From Chrysomallon squamiferum (taxonomy: Eukaryota; Animalia; Mollusca): a stretch of 64,000 bases of DNA. The stretch is from positions 18,104,001 through 18,168,000 of the forward strand of contig CM022672.1 in the NCBI GenBank assembly GCA_012295275.1, given 5' to 3'. Position numbers and translations under genes: made by a program. Under the pieces are notes generated by a model that worked only from the letters and a program-made list of their open reading frames with translations, was not told the origin of the DNA and ran no database searches. Positions 55,754-64,000 of this stretch are shown here, one piece after another; positions within the stretch are counted from its first letter, which is position 1, and each line of letters begins with the position of its first letter.

Positions 55754-56094
55754 GATATGATGAAAATAATAACAACAATAATAATAATAATAACAGTGAT
55801 AGTTGGAATGGTACCAGCAACAGCAGTAGCAATAACATTAGTAAACTATTGTTGTTATTTTAAATTATTTTATTTTATTTTATTTATTTATTTATTTATT
55901 TAATTAATTAATTAATTCATTCATTCATTCATTCATTATTACTTTTTATTTTTTATTATTTATTTTTTTAACTTCAGCTGGTGGCAAAGGCATTCACAGG
56001 CCACTGACTAAGTCAAAACAAAACAAATCAGCAGAACGGATCCAGACGGGAATGGAATACAGAGCAAAGGTTTGTTAGTCTTTCTGTATTACAC

Positions 56095-56139
<45 letters not shown>

Positions 56140-56417
56140 TATATATACACGCACAAACATGAGCTTCAGGAACATTTCAAACATACTGTGAATTCAGTTG
56201 ATGTCTTTGTGTGTAAGATTTATCTGTGATTAATTCTCGTTGCTGGATACAAAGTATTTAGAAATGTACAGTTTCTATGTGTTCGTGGTGGATAACTGAG
56301 TATGATTTATATTGCAGAAAGCAAGAGGTGATGTCAAGAAAGCTGGAAAGCCAGATCCATTTGCATATGTTCCACTGAACATGCAGTCATTAAATAAAAG
56401 GTAAAGTAAAATTGATG

Positions 56418-56450
<33 letters not shown>

Positions 56451-56832
56451 TTCTATAAAACAATTATAACAATAAAAATATAAATGATAACAATATATAA
56501 TAATAAAAACAACAATATGTTATATATATATACCCACAGGATTGTGAGATTCATATTGTTTACTCTTTGTATAACAACAATACAAATTTATAAAAATAAT
56601 AATAATATAAAATAATAATACCAGTAATATAGAATAAGTACAAAAAATATAATAATACTTTTTGATACCATCATAGGCTATTTATAAATACAAATTAAAT
56701 ACTTTTCAAATTACTGAAATTATTTTCTTTTACAGAAAACGGGCAAAGATTCATGGACAGTTTGGAAATTTGGTGAAAGGGGCAAAGAAAGGTGCAGTGA
56801 AAGGAACTAGAAATAAGAGAAAAAGAAAATAA
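36516..56832 (+). CDS. RRP12: RRP12-like ribosome biogenesis HEAT-repeat protein, ~1293 aa, 34 exons
   Basis: 34 GT-AG exons assembled in phase (3882 nt), from 36516-36660, 37448-37647, 38134-38217 through 55978-56069, 56318-56400 and 56736-56832, including a 36-nt exon at 43879-43914. Motifs include [89 protein letters not shown] and [14 protein letters not shown] at 56895-56900. Confidence 0.95.
36664..36748. repeat. (GA)n microsatellite directly after the RRP12 exon 1 donor
   Basis: Pure GA run beginning at about intron position +4. Confidence 0.95.
37690..38145 (+). repeat. Degenerate 70-84 bp tandem repeat containing copies of the RRP12 exon-3 acceptor
   Basis: An AATTTTATTTGTAG|RTTYTGGCT-like motif has its AG ending at 37761, 37830, 37900, 37984, 38055 and 38133, the last being the true acceptor. 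Confidence 0.85.
39610..39895. repeat. Degenerate ~45-50 bp intronic tandem repeat
   Basis: CATTGT-TTTGATGTT-TATA-TAGTTTTT-like units recur about six times. Confidence 0.7.
49480..49925. repeat. Degenerate intronic tandem repeat
   Basis: Recurring TATGATCAGTAA-TTG...GTTATA-like units of about 40-55 bp. Confidence 0.6.
54431..54700 (+). mobile_element. Decayed tRNA-derived SINE in an RRP12 intron
   Basis: A-box-like head (GGAGCAGGGTATAGGTTAGTGGTTAGAACAC) followed by a body (ATATTTCCTGTTCTAACCA..CCATAACTG..ATCAAAG; CAGCAGTTTTCCTCTC) resembling gastropod tRNA-SINEs as recalled; not verified by search. Confidence 0.5.
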
Positions 56833-57108
56833 ATTTAAAAACAAACTGACAATTTCCGTGTGGACATTTTGTTAATCTGTTTATTTTATTACTAAATAAA
56901 ATACTGTTTATCCAGTTGGCATGATACTGTACATTCTTTCATTTGTTTGTTTATTTCATTCATCGATTCTTATTCGTTTACTAAATGTCACTCAACACTG
57001 TATTCATTTATTTATTTATTTTTTCAATCGCCATGTATTTTTTCTTCAGTTTTCAAATAATAATAAGAAGAAAGATACACCTTGTCTATAAAGTAAAAAA
57101 AAAAAATT

Positions 57109-57140
<32 letters not shown>

Positions 57141-57475
57141 ACAAATTAAATAAATAAAGAAAAATAACACAATCTAAAAAAAAATGTCACCCTCAACAAC
57201 AAGAATAAGAAATACCAAATCCCAAGCTATATAATCTTGTAAGAAAATTAATAAAATGTTTGTCGCATACTGGCGTCTGTTAGATTACAGCATTTGATAT
57301 AAGTTGAACATCGACTAGTTGCCACAAGTAAAGCCTTTAATAAGAAATATGTATCGTACAACATAGGTGCGTACCATTACATTTAAATTAAAGAAGAATC
57401 GTAAATTATATTGAATATTTTAATTTTAATTTTTGTTTATAAATTAAAAACAGTATAATAGTAACATTTTATTTG

Positions 57476-57566
<91 letters not shown>

Positions 57567-57704
57567 CCACTCATTCGTGTTATTTTATTTCGTATTTGGA
57601 ATTACGGAAAAATCATTACATAAAACATATATATATATAAAATTACGATTTGAAAAATTATTTATTTGGAAGGAAATTCCAGATGCAAGAATACCAAAAC
57701 AGTT
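56686..57704 (+). repeat. Source copy of a recent tandem duplication (partner 62975-64000)
   Basis: Near-identical to 62975-64000 at an initial offset of 6289 bp, with only scattered substitutions and microsatellite length differences. Confidence 0.97.
57482..57563. repeat. (CT)n microsatellite, also present in the duplicate at about 63768-63845
   Basis: Pure CT run. Confidence 0.95.
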
Positions 57705-58440
57705 TTTGTCATCTTTATTTTTATCCGCGTAATCTGAATTTGGGATGGATTGTTAGTGATTAAGCACTGACAATTCATCCCAAAAGGAGATTGCATGAGT
57801 CACAATATCACTGAGGGGTGGATCCAGAATTTCAAAAAAAAGAGGGAGTCGGATGAGGAGAGTGTCGAGAGAAACAAGGGCTGTTCATCATTCTAACTAT
57901 TTTTTTCCTGACTGGTATAAATATATAAAAATTAATTGCTGATAGTCTGACAGTGTTTCTTCTATTGTATTTTCATTATAAAAGAAAACAAATAATAAAT
58001 TGCTAACGCATAATAACTTAACGTTTCTTGAATTTTTCACTTACTCTTGAAAAAATCCCGTTGTCGCGGGACACTGCTTGTAATTGGAACCAAACCAAGC
58101 GGCCTCACTAAAGATTGATCCTGCGTCCACGTCCCAGATCGAAGTTTTAAGCAATTTAATATAGAGTCATTTATTTATTTATTTATTTATTTCCCCTATA
58201 TTTGGTACGACCTGACCAAGACCATCGAAACAAAAGAGAGGCATTTTTTTATATATTTTGTTTATCGATTTTGAAGGTTTGCAGAAGGCTAGAGTTCCCG
58301 TGTATGTTTCATACCTGGCGTCCAGTCAGGTAGAAGTATTGATCTTTCTGTCTTCTGACGAAAGTGAAAGGACAAAATTTATCTCAAAAAAAAACTCTGT
58401 GATTAGTACGTGTATCAGCAGTTAACTTTATTTATAACCG
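57672..58440 (+). promoter_or_regulatory. Putative inducible promoter and non-coding first exon of the secreted-protein gene
   Basis: kB-like GGAAATTCCA at 57672-57681, AP-1 TGAGTCA at 57796-57802, TATA-like TATAAATATATAAAA at 57916-57930, C/EBP-like TTAAGCAAT at 58147-58155, and a strong CCG|GTAAGG donor at 58440/58441 that can pair with the acceptor at 58883. Confidence 0.55.
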
Positions 58441-58832
58441 GTAAGGTTTTTTTCGGGTTTTCTATATTTTATTGTTTTAAAATGGGAAACTGAAAGATGA
58501 TGAAGTCCGTTTCTTTAGAATTGATCTGTTTATAAGCGAACGATCTGTATGAAAAATTATTGTTACCATCTTGAAATAGGACCATGAACATTCTTTACTT
58601 GTTTTGTGTAACTGGTTTGTATTAAAGTAAAATTTGCTTATAGATTTAAACTATCATTATGTCTTATTTTTATTATTATTATCATTATTATTTGTTGTTA
58701 TTACTACTACAACTAGTTCTAATAATAAACTGCTACTGTAATTACTACTACCAATTCTCTCATTTTTAAAATTTATAATTGAAAACTTTATCATTTTTCA
58801 GTATTACGTACGTACGTACATACATACATACA

Positions 58833-58866
<34 letters not shown>

Positions 58867-58908
58867 CATACATACCTATCCAGACTTTATATAAACATTT
58901 GCGGTATA

Positions 58909-59596
58909 ATGTTTTCATTTGTAGCTGTTTCATTGGCTGTTGTGGTGTGCGTATCCAATGGACAACACTCATCTGATAACTCAGTCTGGCAAGACGTGAA
59001 ATTTTCAGAGTTGATCGACAATATAGTGGCGAGCGCAAAAGAAGGATGTCAGCTTGGAAAAAAAGTTTCGAAAAAACTGGTAAATTACACAATTAAATAT
59101 TTCAAATATAATATTATTTCAGTTTGATATAAGCAATGTGTTACCTATCTCTCTATCGATCTGTCTATATACCTATTTCTCTGTCTAGATATTAAATCTG
59201 TATTAATATTTGAGGATACTTAATTCAGTATTATATTACATTTACATGGTAACACTTATTAACCATATATGTATAATATGTATGTATGTATTTGTATGTA
59301 TGTATGTATGTATGTATGTATTTGTATGTATGTATGTATGTATGTATGTATGTTTTTGTATGTATGTATGTATGTATTGTAAATGTGCATAAACATGTAT
59401 TATTGGTTTTCGTGTTTCAGATGAATTCTAGTTTCTTACAGTCAAAACGCTTACAGAAGATTGTAAAGCGTAGAGTCAGCAGAGGAAGATTGACAGTTCT
59501 CAATCAGACTCTTCAGTCTTCTAATTTACAACATTCTCTCAATGAGGTAGGTGCTTACACCTTTACTGTCAAATAACATTATCTGTAAATGCTTAA

Positions 59597-59646
<50 letters not shown>

Positions 59647-60495
59647 GCGGTATCTGAATATTAAAAGTGTTTCTTTATTGGTATGAACGAATTAATTAAT
59701 TACATTATATGCATTTTAAGAGATTCTATTTTTAGAAACATTAAAAGTGACTTGTCTCTATGATTAATAAAAAAAAAAATTATGTCTATATATATAAATT
59801 ATAAATAAAAAAAGAAAGAAACAAAAGGAGAAAGAAATAAGAAAATAAAAGAAAGAAAGTGAAAGAAATATCTAAAATAATAATTATAATAATAAAAAAA
59901 AAGTAAAAATAAGAAAAAAGTAAAAAAGTAAAATAAATAATTAAACCTAACCAAAACCATGTTACGTTGCGAATGTTACGAAATGAGAAATATTTGATGA
60001 AATTCGAATGCGTACGTCTGGTTTGTCAGAGGTTAATTTTTCTGCAATAGTAAGTTAACTTCACTTGCACTAAACTATATTCAAAGACACACACACACGC
60101 GCACAAATGCGTAAATAAAACACTCTCTCTTTCAGAATCTTCTTACGGATTACACTGCACTGCAGAAATACACCCAGCTGTTCAGAGCAGTGAAGAAGCA
60201 TTCAAAGATGCCCAGACGTCTCAGCCGCACCATGAAGAACAAGCTGAGAAATTTGCAAATTCAGCTGCTTGAAGCTGTCCTGTATCGAGGCGAGACACCA
60301 GTCACGATGACTGGTGTCCCAGAAGACCTCCAGACAGTTCTGGATCGCAGAGCAACAATGGACCCAGTTCAGTTGGCCGTCAACGATTACGCCATAGCGA
60401 GAAAAATAGGACGGTTTCTTAACAGAATGGGTGTTCTGTACTCTATGTATAACGAATACGAGAGCAGACTGTCTTCAAGAAAAAACGTTTGCTGA
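58909..60495 (+). CDS. Secreted 218-aa protein, candidate long-chain four-helix-bundle cytokine
   Basis: Exons 58909-59079, 59421-59546 and 60136-60495 are joined by two phase-0 GT-AG introns. There is a hydrophobic signal peptide (MFSFVAVSLAVVVCVSNG), four amphipathic segments with long A-B and C-D loops, and AATAAA at 61819-61824. The gene model is well supported; the cytokine fold is inference. Confidence 0.75.
59598..59644. repeat. (TG)n microsatellite; (TACA)n and (TATG)n runs also at about 58810-58875 and 59275-59377
   Basis: Simple repeats in introns of the secreted-protein gene. Confidence 0.9.
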
Positions 60496-61444
60496 TTAAA
60501 AGCTCGAATGAAATTTTCATCAGGAATGGTAGGGATTGAAATTCGTTGCATATGTTTTTTTGTTTTTTTTTACGATTTGATAAATCTCTATTTAGAAGAT
60601 ACTGTTAACGTTAGGAAAACAGCTTTTACTGAGGAGAGTAAAAGTTTAATAATTTAGTCCTTCTAATAGGAATGAATATTTAAACTCTGTACAGAGGCGG
60701 TTTCTATAGCGCGCTGATACATAAATGTTGACAGAGGAAGATGGGAGAGAGACAGTTCATACATTCCTCCAGTTAGGAGACTAAACATGTTTTTGTGAAA
60801 CTATTTCACATGCTGCAGTTTGATTGTATCAGTCTCATTACACAGTAGCAATGATCCAGTTGCGCATCTCACACATATAATTATTCGGTTCGTAATTTAG
60901 GTTATTAGAAATGTTTTTTAAAAAGAATTATTTTCGTTCAGGGCATTTATGTCTTTGCTGCTGCATTGTATATAAACATCTTCTTCCATTATAATAATGT
61001 GCGACAGACACGCTCACTGTCCTCTCAGAAAGCGTGCCCGTCGTAGACGTGCTTCACAACAGCTTGCTCTGATTAGCACGTTAAACTTTACCCAGTTCCC
61101 AGTTCCCAGATAATAATAGTTGCGATGTTGATGATAACTGCAAAACTGAAAATTCTTCTTCGTCTTCTTCTAATTTTAATTATATTATATATATTTTATA
61201 TATACCCACAGGAGTTTCAGATACGTATCTTTTACTCTTAGAATAACATTTCTATACTTAGATACTTATACTGCATATGTTAAATCGTATTTCATGTTTC
61301 TGCGTATACTGAACAAAGAACAAAAAAATGGAGTTATTCACGAGCAATAGTCACTGCGTGACATCATAAAGAAATTAAATTTACGATATGGGAAATATGT
61401 ATGGCTGTATATAATATACTTTACTCTATGTATTAACTGTATAA

Positions 61445-61705
61445 ATGCAATATTTTAATAATCATTGACTTTTGTATGTTGAACATATTGTCTTGAACAA
61501 TAACTTTTGTTTGTTCAGTATATTTTTTATTATAGTGCAATATTTTCATGATCAATAACATTTTTGTTCAGTATATTTTGATGACGTTGCAATAATTTCA
61601 TGATCAATAACTTTTTTGTTCAGTATATTCTGATTACGATTGAATATTTTCATAATCAATAACCTTTCATGCTCAATGTATTTTGATAACCATGCAATAT
61701 TTTAT
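61445..61705. repeat. ~52-bp degenerate minisatellite (about 5 units) in the putative 3' UTR
   Basis: CAATAAC anchors at 61498, 61553, 61605 and 61657, within a unit like TGCAATATTTTCATGATCAATAACATTTTTGTTCAGTATATTTTGATGACGT. Confidence 0.85.
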
Positions 61706-62404
61706 ACATTCCTGTAAAACAGTCATTTTTTTAAATATAGTTACTTCAGTATACCTTATCATTGTATATATATATATGCTTATAAAAAAATTGTTTTTAT
61801 GTCTACTTTTTTCCTGTAAATAAAGTCCTTCAAATGCGGATCGTTTGTCGATTCATGTATATTTAATATGCAAAACACCTCGGAAAACAGATGAAAAAAA
61901 AAAACAGACAGAAAAAAGAACACACAACAAAAAGAAACAACAACAAAGGATGGGTTTTATAAATACACTCTAAAGTAGACTGTAGTTCTTTACTGTGTAT
62001 GTATGTTTGTGTGTTTGTATGTGTGTGTGTAGACATATATAAATATAATTTTTTTTATACAAAGATTTTATATAAAATATAAATGGCTAGAATCGAGGAT
62101 TTTGCGTCTGTTTAGTCGGAGTTTCTGTGAGCCTTAGGCGGCCCCCTGACGTCTATCCCAAATTTGTTTGCCCCGCTCCGCTCAGTGATTAAGTGTTTTA
62201 GCCTCAATTGAAACAGTCAAGTTACGGCCATAACATACGAATATATATATATATATATATATATGATGGCCGCAAGTAGATTCTTTTTACCCACGTACTC
62301 ACACGCGCACACACACATACACACGGACACACACGCACACACGCACACATACACACATACATAAACAAAAACGCACCGTCACACACACATACTCATGTAC
62401 ATCC

Positions 62405-62890
62405 TGATGGTGCCGACACGCACACGATCTTATTTCAAAATCTTAACGTTCCTCTCTGACCTAAAGGACAGTATTACGTTGTTGCCCACTTTGTAATGAC
62501 TGGACTGTATGCGTTTTGCAAGTTGTGTCAGAGGATGCCCAGCAGACACTTAATGATCAATTCCTGCAAGCTATCCTGGTAAGGCAGACAAACTCCTTAT
62601 TCTCGCCAACACTAAGAACATGGAAAACCTACGCAATTCCTGTGTCATTTATGGTAGGTAACGACAACTTCTGTTGATTCCCCACGACTGTTTCTACAGA
62701 TCTACACTCTTCATGCGGACATTCAAGTCTCCTTCCGAACAAGTCAAAAAAACTTCAAAAGCGTTAAGCCTTTGAACTGTTGAAGACCGAAACAGGAAGA
62801 AACACACAACTTCAGCCCACACACGGACACGGAAGTGTCCAGATACAGGAATGCTTTTTTCACCCCAATATGCCCAAGGAATGCTTTTTT
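62405..62890 (+). mobile_element. Possible decayed non-LTR retrotransposon 3' fragment next to the duplication junction
   Basis: GC-richer block with no intact ORF. It ends in a frame reading SRYRNAFF, similar to the R-x-x-x-SFFP C-terminal motif of CR1/L2-type RTs, followed by AT-rich sequence. Confidence 0.3.
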
Positions 62891-62974
62891 TTAAATAAAT
62901 ATAATAATAGGCTATTTAACAAAAATAATAATAAAAAAGAAGAAACATATTTTGGGGGTAATAATTAAACATGA

Positions 62975-63761
62975 AAATACAAATTAAATACTTTTCAAAT
63001 TACTGAAATTATTTTCTTTTACAGAAAACGGGCAAAGATTCATGGACAGTTTGGAAATTTGGTGAAAGGGGCAAAGAAAGGTGCAGTGAAAGGAACTAGA
63101 AATAAGAGAAAAAGAAAATAAATTTAAAAACAAACTGACAATTTCCGTGTGGACATTTTGTTAATCTGTTTATTTTATTACTAAATAAAATACTGTTTAC
63201 CCAGTTGGCATGATACTGTACATTCTTTCCTTTTGTTTGTTTATTTCATTCATCGATTCTTATTCGTTTACTAAATGTCACTCAACACTGTATTCATTTA
63301 TTTATTTATTTTTTCAATCGACATGTATTTTTTCTTCAGTTTTCACATAATAATAAGAAGAAAGATACACCTTGTCTATAAAGTAAACAAAAAAAAAATT
63401 TATATATATATATATATATGTATATAACAAATCAAATAAATAAAGAAAAATAACACAATCTAAAAAAAAATGTCACCCTCAACAACAAGAATAAGAAATA
63501 CCAAATCCCAAGCTATATAATCTTGTAAGAAAATTAATTAAATGTTTGTCGCACACTGGCGTCTGTTAGATTACAGCATTTGATATAAGTTGATCATCGA
63601 CTAGTTGCCACAAGTAAAGCCTTTAATAAGAAATATGTATCGTACAACATAGGTGCGTACCATTACATTTAAATTAAAGAAGAATCGTAAATTATATTGA
63701 ATATTTTAATTTTAATTTTTGTTTATAAATTAAAAACAGTATAATAGTAACATTTTATTTG

Positions 63762-63849
<88 letters not shown>

Positions 63850-64000
63850 GTCTGTCTGTACCACTCATTCGCGTTATTTTATTTCGTATTTGGAATTACG
63901 GAAAAATCATTACATAAAACATATATATATATATAAAATTACGATTTGAAAAATTATTTATTTGGAAGGAAATTCCAGATGCAAGAATACCAAAACAGTT
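62975..64000 (+). repeat. Recent tandem duplicate of 56686-57704, continuing past the window end
   Basis: Direct base-by-base match to 56686-57704, including the kB-like site at 63968-63977. Confidence 0.97.
63025..63121 (+). pseudogene. RRP12: Orphan duplicate of the RRP12 terminal coding exon
   Basis: Identical to 56736-56832 with an intact TTTTACAG acceptor, stop codon and downstream AATAAA. No upstream RRP12 exons are duplicated with it. Confidence 0.9.

Noticed and set aside
59421-60495. Neuropeptide-precursor reading of the secreted protein (KR, KRR, RR, KK sites)
   Set aside because: No repeated peptides or G-K/R amidation cassettes, and the amphipathic helical pattern continues across the basic sites. 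Disfavoured but not excluded.

Overview
AT-rich, microsatellite-dense, intron-rich animal genomic DNA. A gastropod mollusc is likely, inferred only from a SINE-like relic and the gene style. I spliced the exons by hand into these models: (1) an orphan two-exon gene at 3.2-4.6 kb (+) with an unexplained frame discontinuity; (2) MAP9 (-, 11 coding exons, ~837 aa); (3) MIC60/IMMT (-, 13 exons, ~722 aa, one GC-AG intron), head-to-head with (4) MRPL35 (+, 3 exons, ~197 aa), the same arrangement as in human; (5) RRP12 (+, 34 exons, ~1293 aa); and (6) a 218-aa secreted protein (58909-60495, +). Gene 6 has the helix layout, phase-0 introns and upstream kB/AP-1/C-EBP-like motifs expected of a long-chain four-helix cytokine (IL-6/leptin/Unpaired class). 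A near-identical copy of the RRP12 last exon and the start of the gene-6 upstream region begins again 6289 bp downstream and runs off the window, suggesting a young tandem array of this candidate cytokine. Other signals are a hairpin apparently born by inverted duplication inside an older duplicated block, repeated tandem duplications of splice sites within introns, and Tigger-like and SINE-like relics. All family assignments come from recalled motifs; no search was run.
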